Positions 1 to 12,043 of a stretch of 64,000 nt of DNA are shown piece after piece. A model generated the notes under the pieces. The model was not told the DNA's origin, made no database searches, and saw nothing but the letters and a program-made list of their open reading frames with translations. Numbering within the stretch: the stretch's first letter is position 1; each line of letters starts with the position of its first letter. Source of the stretch: Polyangiaceae bacterium LLY-WYZ-15_(1-7). Its GTDB lineage: Bacteria > Myxococcota_A > Polyangia > Polyangiales > Houyiibacteriaceae. Made by a program: the position numbers and the translations under genes. The stretch lies in contig DAPKRU010000056.1 in assembly GCA_031800675.1 (NCBI GenBank), positions 70,626-134,625 on the forward strand. Direction: 5' to 3'.

Positions 1-1278
1 CGTGTTCCAGCGGTCCACGTCCTCGAAGGCGTGCCCGATCGCGTAGCCCACGCGCACGCTGAGCTCGAGCTCGGGCTGGTCGTTCGTCCCCTCGACCATC
101 ACGTGCCACTGCTCGCTCCCCGGCTCGCCGGTGCCCAGCAGCGTCGGCGCGCGGATCGCCTCGTCGGCCCAGGAGATCCCCGTGCCCGTCCCGGGCGGCG
201 GCTCGAAGCCGAGGCTCGCCGTCTCCGCCCCCGCGACCTCCCCCGCCGTGAGCGGCCGCAGCGTCTGCTCGAACTGGCTCGGGTTCACGCACTCGAGCGG
301 CTCCACGCGCACCCGCTCGCCGACCTCGGTTCCGTCCCCGCGCCCCTCGAACGCCAGGAAGAGCCCCGGCACCTGCCGGCAGCCGAGCGCGTCGTCGATC
401 AGGTTCGCGAGCTCGATGGGCGCGCCGACCCACTCGAAGACGGGCGCCCCCCCGCGCGAGCTCACGACCTCCACGGCCACCTGGAGCCCCGCGCGCCCGT
501 CCATGCGCACGGTCGGCGTGAGCGTCGCCGTCATCACGTAGTCGCCGACCGCCAGCGGCTCGAGCGCCTCGCTCGCCAAGACGTCGCCGGCCTGCGTGAC
601 CTCGAGCCGGCCGTTCGCGAAGACGGTCACGGCGACCTCGTCGAGGAGCCGGGCGCCAGCCAGCTGCGCCTCCACCGGGCTGAGCACCCAGGCCGCGAAG
701 TCCTCGCAGCGCCCGCCCTCCTCGCAGCCGTGCCCGTCCGGGCCCAGCGGCCGGAAGCGCGCCTCGAAGCTCGCGCCGAGGGCGAGCGGGACGCAGTCCT
801 CCCAGACCGCCGCGAAGGGCTCCGGGTCGTCGAACTCCACGAGGCGCCCGCCGTCGACGCGCGGGTAGATGTCGTCCGCCGGCCGGCTCGAGCTCCAGTC
901 CGCCGTCAGGTCCGGGGGCCAGGCGCTCAGCGCGAGCAGGGGCGTGTCGACCACGCCGCAGCAGGCCGCGCCCTCCGCCTCGGCGCACTCGAAGTCCTCG
1001 CAGTCCACGAGGCCGTCCTCGTCGTCGTCGACGCCGTTGTCGCAGTCCTCCGGCGGCGGCACCCAGGCGTCGCCCGCGTCCCCTCCATCGCCCGCGTCGC
1101 CTCCGTCCCCCGCGTCGCCGGCGTCGCCTCCGTCCCCCGCGTCGAAGCCGCCGTCCATGCCCGCGTCCGCCTCGAGCAGGTCCTCGTCCGGCGCGTTCAG
1201 CAGCGAGCACCCCGCGAGGAACGCGAGCGCCAGCACGCCGAGGACGCCCTCCACGCCGAGCGACCGGCGAGGGAGCAT
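1..1278 (-). CDS. secreted lipoprotein; N-terminal 426 codons, C-terminus lies beyond the left window edge
   Basis: Not in the ORF track because it runs off the edge. Read by eye on the minus strand: ATG at 1278-1276, then MLPRRSLGVEGVLGVLALAFLAGC (signal peptide plus LAGC lipobox). Acidic DAGDGG repeats and a CDNGVDDDEDGLVDCEDFEC Cys/Asp motif follow. The frame is open to position 1 with G/C at nearly every third codon position. The listed + strand ORFs here translate to R/P/A-rich nonsense. Confidence 0.6.
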   Translation of the reverse strand, partial: MLPRRSLGVEGVLGVLALAFLAGCSLLNAPDEDLLEADAGMDGGFDAGDGGDAGDAGDGGDAGDGGDAGDAWVPPPEDCDNGVDDDEDGLVDCEDFECAEAEGAACCGVVDTPLLALSAWPPDLTADWSSSRPADDIYPRVDGGRLVEFDDPEPFAAVWEDCVPLALGASFEARFRPLGPDGHGCEEGGRCEDFAAWVLSPVEAQLAGARLLDEVAVTVFANGRLEVTQAGDVLASEALEPLAVGDYVMTATLTPTVRMDGRAGLQVAVEVVSSRGGAPVFEWVGAPIELANLIDDALGCRQVPGLFLAFEGRGDGTEVGERVRVEPLECVNPSQFEQTLRPLTAGEVAGAETASLGFEPPPGTGTGISWADEAIRAPTLLGTGEPGSEQWHVMVEGTNDQPELELSVRVGYAIGHAFEDVDRWNT

Positions 1279-1370
1279 CGATCCGCGCCGCACCGAGTCG
1301 CGCCGCACCGAGCCGCGCCGCACCGAGCCGCGCCGCACCGAGCCACGAGGCCGCATCGGAACGCCCCGCA

Positions 1371-2743
1371 TCAGAACGCCCCCCGCCAGCCGACCTGCCC
1401 GCCGCCCGGTCCGAAGGAGAGCTCGAGGCGCCCCTCCCCCGGCGCGTCCCCGAGCCGGTCGTTGCGCAGATAGAGGATCAGCGTCGTGATCGCGAGCGCC
1501 CCCGTCGCGCCGAGCAAGAGATCCGCCGCGAGGTTGTGCCGCTCGACCGCGTCGAAGCGGTCCTGGCAGTCCGGCGCGTCCGGACACTGCTCCCGGAAGT
1601 CGTCGTTCAGCCGGAGCGCCCGCACCCCGACGCCCGCCCAGCTCGCCGCCGCCGCCGCCGTCAGCCCGAGCATCACGTGCGGCCAAGCCCCGAGGCGCCG
1701 CCCCTCGCGCCGCTCCCCGAGCTCCACGTCCAGCGTCGCCGTCTGGCCCGCCTCCACCGTCACGAGCCGCGTGTAGGGCGCCCAGCCCTCGCTCCGCACC
1801 TCCACCCGCCGCGCCCCCGGCGGCACCTCCACCCGCACCGTCGTCCCGCTCCCCACGGGCGCCGCGTCGACGATCACGTCCACGGGCCGCACGCTCCGCA
1901 CGAGCAGCGTCGCCGTCGTCAGCGAGGGCGCCTCGAGCCGCACCGTCCGCGCCTCGTCCCCGGGCTCGAGCACGAAGCGCTCCTCCCGCGCCCGCCCGTC
2001 CGCCGTCGCGAGGCGCGCCACGTACGTCCCAGGCGCGAGCTCCCGCCGCCCCGGCTCGATGGGCTCCCCGTCGAGCGTGAGCGTCGGCGCCTCCCCCAGC
2101 TCCCCGGCGAGCTCGAAGACGACCTCGACGGGCTCCGCCTCCAGCGTCGCCTCCGCCTCCACCCGCTCGCCGCGCACGGCCTCCAGCTCGAGGCGCCGGT
2201 CCGCGTGGTGCGGCGCCCGGAAGAAGACGACGTGCCGCCCGGGCGGGAGCGCGAGCTCGAGCGGCGTCCGCCCGCGCGGGGCGAGGTCGAGCCGATCCAC
2301 GAAGACCTGCGCCCCCTCGGGCGTGCTCGTCAGGGCCACCACGGCCACCCGCTCCCGGAGCGCGCCGATGCGCTGCTCGCCGTCCCGCCGCTCCTGCTCC
2401 GTCAGGCCGGGGATGGCGAGGTACTCCGTGTAGTAGGCGAAGGCCTCGTTCGGCCGCTCGAGCTGCTCGAGCACGATCGCCGCGTTGAAGAGCGCGTTCC
2501 GGCTGCGGACGATGCGCAGCGTCGCCACGTAGGCCTCGAGGGCCTGCTCGAGGAGCTGCCGCTGCCGCCGCCCCCGCGCGCGCCCGGCCTGCTCGAAGAG
2601 CCGGTTGCCACGCTCGAAGTAGACGCGCGCCTCGGCGTTCACGTCCGCCGTCTGGGCGTGAGCCGGCGCCGGCGCGGCGGGGAGCGGCGCGAGCGCGAAG
2701 GCGAGGCTGAGGAGGAGCGCCCGGAGGCGCGAAGAAAGGCGAA

Positions 2744-2747
<4 letters not shown>
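1371..2747 (-). CDS. PEGA-domain protein with signal peptide, TPR-like N-terminal part and C-terminal TM segment
   Basis: C-terminal part of track ORF 1371..3491. The GTG at 2747-2745 overlaps the stop of the upstream kinase (GTGA). VIRLSSRLRALLLSLAFALAPLPAAPAPAHA looks like a signal peptide. PEGA motif: STPEGAQVFVDRLDLAPRGRTPLEL. Confidence 0.7.
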
Positions 2748-4168
<1,421 letters not shown>

Positions 4169-4541
4169 CGGGTCCGGGCCCTCGTCCTCCTCGTCCTCGC
4201 GCACGATGCGCGGCGGCGCCGGCCCGTCCTCGCCGGTGCCGAGCGCGGTCGTGGCGAGCGCCACCGGCGAGCTCGCGCGCGGACGCGGACCCGACGCCGC
4301 GGCGGCGGCCTCCTTCGACGCGCCCGACTCGCCCGGGGCCGACACCTCGGGAGCCACCGCGCTCGGCGCCGCCTCCCCCGACGCCTCGTCAGGCCCGGGA
4401 GCGGTCGAATCCGCCTGTTTTCGCTCGGCTTCCAGCGGTGCCCTCCGATCCGAGAGCCTATCACGCGGGCGTCGGGGCCCCCACTCGGCGACATCCCACG
4501 CGCCCGTGGGCGCCCCCTCCCGTCGCCCCCATACTGCGGAG

Positions 4542-5174
4542 GTGCTCACCGACGCCGCCCGGCAGGCCCTCGAGGGCCCGCTCCGCCCCCGCAAGGGCGC
4601 GCGCGTGCGCCTCTTCCGGGCCGGCTGGGCCGAGGCCTTGACCCGCTCGCACCCGCTCGCGCTCTGCGTGCTCGCCGGCCCCGCCTTCGCCTGGGCCCTC
4701 GAAGCCGCGCGCCCGCTGCGCCTCGCCGACCTCGGCCCGGCCCTCGCTGGCGCCCTCCTCTGGGCCGCGCTCGAGTACGCCATGCACCGCTTCTTCTTCC
4801 ACCTCCCCGGCGACGGCGAGCGCGCCCGCGGCTTCCGCCTGCTCGTCCACGAGCACCACCACCTCACGCCCGACGACCCGCGCCGGCTCGCCGCCACCCC
4901 CTGGCAGGCCGCCCTCGCCATGCTCGCCCTCGCGGCGATCGTCCGCCCGCTCTTCGCGCGCTGGCCCGTCGCCTTCGCCGGCGGCCTCCTCGCCTACCTC
5001 GCCTACGAGGCGATCCACCACCGCATCCACCACGGGCCCCGCGGCGGTCGCCTCCTGCGCGCGCTCCGCGCCCACCACCTCCGCCACCACGCCCCCGGCG
5101 GCGAGGGCCACTCCTTCGGCATCAGCACGCCGCTCTTCGACTGGCTCCTGCGCAGCGGCCGCGGCCGCGGATAG
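4542..5174 (+). CDS. fatty acid hydroxylase / sterol desaturase superfamily membrane protein
   Basis: His boxes HRFFFH, HEHHH, HHRIHH and HHLRHH in the C-terminal part of track ORF 4206..5174. Divergent from the kinase. Start (GTG 4542) is uncertain. Confidence 0.6.
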   Translation: MLTDAARQALEGPLRPRKGARVRLFRAGWAEALTRSHPLALCVLAGPAFAWALEAARPLRLADLGPALAGALLWAALEYAMHRFFFHLPGDGERARGFRLLVHEHHHLTPDDPRRLAATPWQAALAMLALAAIVRPLFARWPVAFAGGLLAYLAYEAIHHRIHHGPRGGRLLRALRAHHLRHHAPGGEGHSFGISTPLFDWLLRSGRGRG

Positions 5175-5183
5175 GCTGCTCGC

Positions 5184-5552
5184 GTGAGCGAGGAGCGCAT
5201 CGAGGCGATTGTCGCGAGCAGCTGGGTCACCCACCGCGTCCTCATCGACCTCGGCGCCGGCACGCTCGAGATCGAGCGCCGCGTAGGCGGCCAGACCCGC
5301 CACGCGAAGGCCCCCCTCTCCGAGGCCGACCTCGACGTCCTCCGCCCCCTCGCCGCCGCCGTCCGGCAAGAGGAGCAAGAGCTCGTCCAGGGCGACTTCT
5401 ACGCCATGGGCGAAGAGCGCCTCCGCATCGAGCTCGCAGGCCGCACGGTCGAGCTCCACAACGCGAGCGACCGCCTCCGCACCCCGCACGCGAAGCCGCT
5501 CCTGGAGAAGTGCTGGGACCTGGCAGACGCCCTGCTGCCTCGGGCGGGATGA
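5184..5552 (+). CDS. hypothetical protein
   Basis: 122-aa ORF with balanced composition and high GC3, 10 nt after the hydroxylase stop. No motif recognised. Confidence 0.45.
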   Translation: MSEERIEAIVASSWVTHRVLIDLGAGTLEIERRVGGQTRHAKAPLSEADLDVLRPLAAAVRQEEQELVQGDFYAMGEERLRIELAGRTVELHNASDRLRTPHAKPLLEKCWDLADALLPRAG

Positions 5553-5675
5553 CCCCGCACGCCGCTCGCCTCCCCCAAACACGGGAAAGAAAACAGTCAG
5601 ACTCGATCAATACGCGTCGTCTCGGTACCATCCGAGCCTTCACCATCTGGCGACTAATCGGCATGGGGAGTTGGG

Positions 5676-8261
5676 GTGGCCAATACGAACCAGAAGACGC
5701 TCGAACCTTTCGTCAAAATGCTCGCGCTGACCGTCCGCGGGGGGCAGACACCAAGTGATGCCTACGACCACTTGGTAGAGATGGGAATTCCTCAGGCCGA
5801 CGCCAAGGCTGCCTTCCGGGTGTTCGAGGAGCGGGCGGGTCGTATTCGAAGAATGGACGACCCACCCGTCATCCACCGAGGGCTCCGCGCCTGGTACGCC
5901 GGTCCACAGCCCGGCGACAAGTGCTGGCCCGCTCTCGAGAAGTATCTTCGAGAGGACAAGGGCTGGCCTGCTGCGACGGTCGATTCGATTAACCGGTCCA
6001 CGACGAAGATCCTCTCGCATATGCAGCCTGCTGGCATGGGAGAGATCGACACCCGAGGACTGGTCGTCGGCCACGTCCAAAGCGGAAAGACGGCGAACTA
6101 CACAGCACTAATCGCCAAAGCGGCGGACGTTGGATACCGACTATTCATCGTCCTCGCAGGAGTCCACAACACTCTTCGACAACAGACTCAACGACGCCTA
6201 TCGGCGGAGCTACAGGATCTCAACCGAACTCTATGGGTATCGCTTACCGCAGAGAGCGAAGACTTTCGAGCCTCTACAACCGGAAATACAGACGCCTTCC
6301 TTTCCGACCACAGCCGGATGCGGATCCTCTGCGTCGCAAAGAAGAACGCTCACGTATTGAGACGACTGAGAAAGTGGTTGGACCAAGGCAGCGATCGGAT
6401 CCTCAGCGACTGCCCCACTCTCATCATAGACGACGAAGCGGACCAGGCTGGACTGAACGCTCACAAGAACCCGAACGAGCGGACAGCGATCAACAAGCTT
6501 CTTCTCGGCATCATCGGGACGCTACCCAAAGCCGCATACATCGGCTACACGGCGACACCGTTCGCGAATGTCCTCGTCAACCCAAAGGGCGACGACCTCT
6601 ACCCCAAAGACTTCATCGTCGAACTGCCCCGCCCTCCCGGCTACTTCGGCGCAGAGCGCCTCTTCGGTCGCGAGAAGCTACCGATGGATGAGTCAGACGT
6701 CGAGGACGTGCGGAACGCCGAACTGGACATGATCCGAGAAGTTCCCGATGAGGACATTTCTCTCGTTCGCCCCAAAGGCACCTCTGACCGAGCATCCTTC
6801 GAGGCCTCAGTTCCACCCAGTTTGGACGAAGCCATTCGCTACTTCCTTCTGACCTGTGCGGCGAGGCGTGCTCGTGCACCTCGCTCGCACGAGTCCATGC
6901 TTATCCACACAACATTGTACGTAGACTCGCACGACAAACTGCAGCGCGAGGTCGAGGATGCTTGGCTTGTTCTCCGCAGCCGTGTCGCCTCACGGAACAA
7001 GAAGGTCATCAGCGAACTAGAAGACCTATGGGAGAGGGAATGCCGCCGCGTTCCAGCTGAGGTATTCAGTCGGAAGAAAACATCATTCGAAGAGCTACAC
7101 CCGTTTCTCCGAAGCGTTCTCGATGAAGCATCCGTCATCGCAGAGCACGGATCTAGCCTCGATCGCCTTGTATACGACGACACTCCAAGAACACAGATAG
7201 CCATCGGAGGCAACACACTTTCTCGCGGCCTCACTCTCGAGGGTCTCACGGTTAGCTACTTCGTTCGCTCCGCTTCCGCGTACGACACATTACTTCAGAT
7301 GGGCCGATGGTTTGGGTATCGATTTGGGTACGAGGATCTGCCTCGCATCTGGATGTCCAACGAGCTCAAGGAGGCGTTCTTCCAACTCGCGACTGTCGAG
7401 GCGGAGATCCGTGAGGACATACGGAAGTATGAAACACAGGACATGACCCCAGAGCAGTTCGGAGTGCGAATCCGTGTTCACCCGAGCCTCGCTGTCACCA
7501 ACTCCCTGAAGATGCACCACGCCGAGGAATGCGACATCTCCTACAGTGGAACGACAAGACAAACACATATATACGAGAGGGTGGACCGCGACCTTTTGAG
7601 CAACAACATTGACGCCGCAGATTCCCTCATCGAATCCCTCGGCCCTCACAACGAGCGCTTGGGAGGACGATATGTATGGACGGGTGTCCCCGCCGAAAAG
7701 GTCATCGACTTCGTCCGCCGCTATCGTTTCCACCCTCGGCTGGTCGACCTTACCAGCGACGCACTGACTTCCTACATCGAATCGGAGATCGAGTACGGTG
7801 GCCTGAGTTCTTGGACGGTCGTACTGTCTGGCCGTCGTCACGAAGACCAGGTGGCAGGCGTTCGAGAGATCGGCGGGCTCGAGGTCAACCTCCTGAACCG
7901 TTCTCGTCGGAAACCCACGCGATCCGAGGACACACATGCAACCGTAGGCACGGTTTCCACACAGATGGACTTCCGAGCAGGCCTGCCTGATGGACGCAAG
8001 AAACGCGGACCTGAAGACCCCCCTCTTCTCGTCCTATATCCCATTTCAAAGAACTCGAAGCCTAGTGAAAAGCAGGCGACTAAAGCAGCGGACCCGCGTA
8101 TTCCGCTCGATGCGACCGAGGACGTCCTGGCGGTAGCGTTCGAGTTTCCCAAGTCGGAACGACCCATCGGGAAGAAGTACGTACGCGTATTGCTCCCCGA
8201 GCCCACTGGTGAGTTCGACGAAGAAGACGAGTTCGAGGATGACGAAGCCGACGAAGGCTGA
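5676..8261 (+). CDS. Z1-domain protein with N-terminal SF2 helicase-like NTPase
   Basis: GTG start with GGGGAG 6 nt upstream. Walker A GHVQSGKT, DEAD-type Walker B IIDDEADQAG, motif III GYTATPF. C-terminal LSRGLTLEGL...LQMGRWFGYR matches the Z1 domain signature as I remember it. Confidence 0.85.
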   Translation: MANTNQKTLEPFVKMLALTVRGGQTPSDAYDHLVEMGIPQADAKAAFRVFEERAGRIRRMDDPPVIHRGLRAWYAGPQPGDKCWPALEKYLREDKGWPAATVDSINRSTTKILSHMQPAGMGEIDTRGLVVGHVQSGKTANYTALIAKAADVGYRLFIVLAGVHNTLRQQTQRRLSAELQDLNRTLWVSLTAESEDFRASTTGNTDAFLSDHSRMRILCVAKKNAHVLRRLRKWLDQGSDRILSDCPTLIIDDEADQAGLNAHKNPNERTAINKLLLGIIGTLPKAAYIGYTATPFANVLVNPKGDDLYPKDFIVELPRPPGYFGAERLFGREKLPMDESDVEDVRNAELDMIREVPDEDISLVRPKGTSDRASFEASVPPSLDEAIRYFLLTCAARRARAPRSHESMLIHTTLYVDSHDKLQREVEDAWLVLRSRVASRNKKVISELEDLWERECRRVPAEVFSRKKTSFEELHPFLRSVLDEASVIAEHGSSLDRLVYDDTPRTQIAIGGNTLSRGLTLEGLTVSYFVRSASAYDTLLQMGRWFGYRFGYEDLPRIWMSNELKEAFFQLATVEAEIREDIRKYETQDMTPEQFGVRIRVHPSLAVTNSLKMHHAEECDISYSGTTRQTHIYERVDRDLLSNNIDAADSLIESLGPHNERLGGRYVWTGVPAEKVIDFVRRYRFHPRLVDLTSDALTSYIESEIEYGGLSSWTVVLSGRRHEDQVAGVREIGGLEVNLLNRSRRKPTRSEDTHATVGTVSTQMDFRAGLPDGRKKRGPEDPPLLVLYPISKNSKPSEKQATKAADPRIPLDATEDVLAVAFEFPKSERPIGKKYVRVLLPEPTGEFDEEDEFEDDEADEG

Positions 8262-9240
8262 GGTTCGCAAGTCGCTGCAGCGCTCTTTCGATGTACTCGA
8301 GAAGCCCATCGAGGACCAAGGTCTCGAGGTCCGGGAGCTCTTCATTGGGGACGTCGATGGGCCTTGGTTCGCTGGCTGTGGAATCGACGGCACATGGCAT
8401 GTGCTCGTCCCAGCGAAGGCGCACGAGGAGATCCAGCCGGACAAGGGAAGCAAGGGAATACAAGTCGAAGCGCGAGAGCTGATGGACGGCGGGAAGCGGC
8501 GGCATTTCGTGGATCTGGTATGCCGCATTCCGCGGCTCCGACGGCTGTTCCTCCTCGTCGCTGAAGACCTGCTAACGCGACTCGACGGTAAGAGCGACGT
8601 GTCGACTCGCGCTTCCGAGACACTGGCGGACTGGCGCGAACTCCTGGCACGGGCGTCCCGTCCGGTCAGTGAGCAACGGCTACTTGGTGTGTACGCCGAG
8701 CTCCTACAGCTGCGCGAGCTCATCCGTATCAACCCGATGTCGGCCAGGTGCTGGCGAGGACCAGACGGAGAGGTGCATGACTTGGAGTCGGGCGGAATCG
8801 CGATCGAAGTGAAGGCGCGAAGCCAACGCGGTCAACGAGTCCGAATCAACGGTCTCCGACAGCTCGTCGCAGCCCCCGGCGGACGCCTCGCTCTGGCGGT
8901 CGTCACTCTGGACCGCGCGAGTAACGGAGAGAACATTGGGGAGCTACTGGGATCGCTCGCTTCGATGGGTGCGGATCAGGAGCTTCTCCTCGACAAGCTG
9001 GCAAAGCAGGGGGTTGACCCAAGCGAGTCCGCGGCTCGGCAGGCCCGCTTCTGCCTACGCGATGAGAGCGTCTTTGAAGTCAGAGAAGACTTCCCTCGGC
9101 TGACTCCAGCCGAGCTTGCCGCGCCTCTCCACTCGGCCATCTCCCAGCTCAGCTACTCGATCGATCTCGGCGCGGCGGCGCACTGCGAACTGTCAGCTGC
9201 CGAAGTCGAGAAGCTGAGAGAGGAGCTGGTGGCAACGTGA
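8239..9240 (+). CDS. PD-(D/E)XK motif nuclease-like protein
   Basis: Track ORF 8209..9240. The ATG at 8239 would give a 23-nt overlap with the Z1 gene. Candidate catalytic core VHDLESGGIAIEVKARS (D ... E-x-K). Confidence 0.7.
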   Translation: MTKPTKAEVRKSLQRSFDVLEKPIEDQGLEVRELFIGDVDGPWFAGCGIDGTWHVLVPAKAHEEIQPDKGSKGIQVEARELMDGGKRRHFVDLVCRIPRLRRLFLLVAEDLLTRLDGKSDVSTRASETLADWRELLARASRPVSEQRLLGVYAELLQLRELIRINPMSARCWRGPDGEVHDLESGGIAIEVKARSQRGQRVRINGLRQLVAAPGGRLALAVVTLDRASNGENIGELLGSLASMGADQELLLDKLAKQGVDPSESAARQARFCLRDESVFEVREDFPRLTPAELAAPLHSAISQLSYSIDLGAAAHCELSAAEVEKLREELVAT

Positions 9241-11132
9241 AGCCCCTCGACATGCAGGCTGAGCCCTACGTCGCCACCGGCAACATCGCATCGGAGGGTA
9301 TGCGAAACCAGTTGGGTCGACCGCGGCTCGACCGGCTTTCACTACTCGTGCGAGAAGCAGCGCAGAACTCTTGGGATGCCAAGAGTGAGTGCGCCACATC
9401 GGTCACGTTCGGGCTTCAAGGGTGGACGCTGAACGCGAAGCAGTTCGGTGCGCTCCAGAAGACAGTCTTCGCGCAACGGCCACCTCGCCATGCCTACGAC
9501 GTGACGGAGGCAGCGGCCCTGGGAGACACGCTACGGGAGCGTGCCGCCAAGGTTCGTGACGGCGAGGGCATCGTCATGCTGGCGGTCTACGACCGCGGCA
9601 CATCCGGCCTCGGAGGGCCCACCCGCGCTGATAGCCTTCGTACGGACCAGCCTCGAGACTTCGTCGACTTCTTCCGGAACATTGGAACGCCCCCTGACAA
9701 GGCGCGCGGAGGCGGCACCTTCGGGTACGGCAAGGCGGCCCTCTACTTGAGCAGCGAGGTCCATACCCTTCTCGTGCATACGCGATGCCGGACCGATGAC
9801 GGCCTGCAGTCGCGGTTCATGGGCTCGGGACTCACCAATCACTACTCCCACGAGGGCCGAAACCTCACGGGGCGCCATTGGTGGGGTCGGCGGGATCCCA
9901 AGTCCGGGATCGTCGATCCACTCGTTGGCGAGCAGGCTGACCAGCTGGCCGACCTACTCGGGTTTCCATCGTTCGAGCGCAACTCGACCGGGACTACGAT
10001 CGGAATCCTGGCACCCCACTTCGATCCCTGGGAGGAGGAGCCCGAGCGCGCGTTCGAGTACATGTCGTGGCAACTGCTCTTGAATCTGTGGCCCAAGATG
10101 GTGCCGTGGCCTGGGGAGAAGCAGGCCAGCATGCGATTCGAGCTGAGCTGGGAAGGCAAAACCGTCGCGATGCCAGGGCCCGCGGACACACCTCCCTTCG
10201 ACGGCTTTGTTCGCGCACTGCAGCAAGTACGCGAGGCAGAGAAGACGGGGGACGCATCCAAAGAGCTGTTCTGTCTCCGCCCGAAGAGGAGGGTGGGCCG
10301 GTTCGCGGCGGTTCGGACACCAACTCAGCGAACCGGTCTCTCCGACTTCGCAGAAGCAGGAACGGTCCCTGACATTCACACCCGAGCACACCACGTCGCG
10401 CTGCTTCGTCGTCCCGAGCTGGTCGTCGAGTACAAGGAGTTCCCTGCGTTGCCCTCCGACACGATCGGATACGCGGGAGTCTTTCTCGCAGACCCGGACA
10501 TGGATCGCGTGTTCGCCGGGGCAGAGCCTCCGACGCACGATAGCTGGTCGCCCGAAATCATCGCCGACCGACGTCACAAGACGTTCGTGAGGACCACGTT
10601 CAAACGGATCGACGAGAAGGTCGCGGAGTTCATCGAGCCGCACCGTGAGCAACCGGACGCGGTCGCCGGCGGCCCGCTCGCCGAACTGGCGGAGCATCTG
10701 GGGGAGGTGCTCATCGGGGCCGGCAGCTCACCAGAGCAGGAAGCCTCCTCGGCTGGAGGAGGCAAGGGGGGCGGACGACGACGCGGCCCGAAGCCCAAGG
10801 TGCGAGTCCACGACACCCGACGATTCTCACAAGGCGAGGGCCTGCCCACGCGACTGTTCGAGGTGGAGCTGCGCCACGCCAAAGGAAGCCGCGCATCCCG
10901 GCTCACGGCGAAGCTGTCGATCTCGCTCCTCGGGGGAGGAGTGGAATCCACACCGCCGAGAGGGGCTCGAAAGCCACGGGTAGCTTTCTGGGGCTCCCCG
11001 TCAGGCGAGCGATTCGACGATACCGACTCGGTAGACGCAGTCGAGGAAGGAACCTGGGAGCTCGGCGTGGCCATGCCGCGCTCAGCACTGGTGGCCGTCG
11101 ATGTCGTCGCGGAAGGAGAGTCGACGCCGTGA
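9237..11132 (+). CDS. GHKL / Bergerat-fold (MutL/MORC-like) ATPase
   Basis: GTG start overlaps the upstream stop (GTGA). N-box EAAQNSWDA (E-x3-N-x2-D-A), G1-like DRGTSGLGG, G2 GTFGYGKAALY. Confidence 0.75.
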   Translation: MKPLDMQAEPYVATGNIASEGMRNQLGRPRLDRLSLLVREAAQNSWDAKSECATSVTFGLQGWTLNAKQFGALQKTVFAQRPPRHAYDVTEAAALGDTLRERAAKVRDGEGIVMLAVYDRGTSGLGGPTRADSLRTDQPRDFVDFFRNIGTPPDKARGGGTFGYGKAALYLSSEVHTLLVHTRCRTDDGLQSRFMGSGLTNHYSHEGRNLTGRHWWGRRDPKSGIVDPLVGEQADQLADLLGFPSFERNSTGTTIGILAPHFDPWEEEPERAFEYMSWQLLLNLWPKMVPWPGEKQASMRFELSWEGKTVAMPGPADTPPFDGFVRALQQVREAEKTGDASKELFCLRPKRRVGRFAAVRTPTQRTGLSDFAEAGTVPDIHTRAHHVALLRRPELVVEYKEFPALPSDTIGYAGVFLADPDMDRVFAGAEPPTHDSWSPEIIADRRHKTFVRTTFKRIDEKVAEFIEPHREQPDAVAGGPLAELAEHLGEVLIGAGSSPEQEASSAGGGKGGGRRRGPKPKVRVHDTRRFSQGEGLPTRLFEVELRHAKGSRASRLTAKLSISLLGGGVESTPPRGARKPRVAFWGSPSGERFDDTDSVDAVEEGTWELGVAMPRSALVAVDVVAEGESTP

Positions 11133-12043
11133 AAGTCGTCGCTCCCCCCTATCCGACCCTCGAACTCGCCGACCTAGACCCGTGGCGACTGCTGGGCACC
11201 GAGGACCCAGATGCCCTGAAGGACGTGGCTACGCAATGGGATCCGTCCGTGAGCCTTGGACTCTGCCGCAGTCTTCGACTGGACCACGACCGTGTGATCG
11301 AAGAGACCGCTCTCGGGGCCGGCTCACGGATACGAGTCATCGCGTGCTGGCGTTGCGACGCCACTCGGACTCGGACTCGGACGTGCAAACGCGACGTGGT
11401 TCTTCGGATGGGAGAGCAGGAGGCCCTGGAGCTTCGGATCGAGATCGACGGCTCACACGTGGCCTCGTGGGTCGATCTCGAAACGGCCATCGTTCTCATG
11501 GAAGCCAAGGACGCTCGTTCAGAGGCGGCCGAAGCGAAGGGGGCGACGCTCTGGCGAGACGCCGTCCGCGTCGACCTCGAAGACTCGTCGGCGCGGTTCC
11601 CCGTTCAATGGGTCGACTTCGGCGCGACGCGAGGCTTTCCCCAAAAGGCCGCCTGGTACCTCGACTGGGATCCGCATCAGCCAGATAGCTCCGTTCTCGG
11701 AGGAATGCGGCTCTACCTCAATTCGGGCCACACCGAGCTGAAGAAGGCGACCGAAGGCGCCGAGAAGCACGTCCGGCGCATGTGGCAGCGGATCCGGCTG
11801 GACGTTGCCCGACAGATGATGGTCGGTGCTCTCCAGTCGAGAGAGTTCATGGAGGACCCCGGCGCCTTCGGGGGAGACACGGTCGGCGCGATCGTGCGCC
11901 GACTCCTCGGCAGCGTCTTCTCCCATCGGTCTCCGAGCGCAGTTCGCGACCTACTCGCTACCAACCCTGGTCGGTTCGAAGCCCAGCTGCAGGCCAGTCT
12001 CGGCTACGTGGAAGCGGGTACCGAAGCCGGGGGCGCCGAATGA
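11129..12043 (+). CDS. hypothetical protein (operon member, no motif recognised)
   Basis: GTG start overlaps the upstream stop (GTGA 11129-11132). 304 aa with ordinary composition, same strand and same compositional class as its neighbours. Confidence 0.65.
   Translation: MKVVAPPYPTLELADLDPWRLLGTEDPDALKDVATQWDPSVSLGLCRSLRLDHDRVIEETALGAGSRIRVIACWRCDATRTRTRTCKRDVVLRMGEQEALELRIEIDGSHVASWVDLETAIVLMEAKDARSEAAEAKGATLWRDAVRVDLEDSSARFPVQWVDFGATRGFPQKAAWYLDWDPHQPDSSVLGGMRLYLNSGHTELKKATEGAEKHVRRMWQRIRLDVARQMMVGALQSREFMEDPGAFGGDTVGAIVRRLLGSVFSHRSPSAVRDLLATNPGRFEAQLQASLGYVEAGTEAGGAE

Noticed and set aside
31-1473. 480-aa + strand ORF (and nested + strand ORFs 131-541, 596-868, 869-1489)
   Set aside because: The translations are Arg/Pro/Ala/Leu-rich low-complexity nonsense. 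The opposite strand carries a coherent lipoprotein frame (signal peptide, lipobox, Cys motifs, GC3 near 100 %) that runs off the window edge.
8209-8238. The track start (ATG 8209) for the PD-(D/E)XK gene
   Set aside because: It would give a 53-nt overlap with the Z1 gene. The in-frame ATG at 8239 gives a shorter overlap. Neither can be proven from sequence alone, so the start is flagged as approximate.
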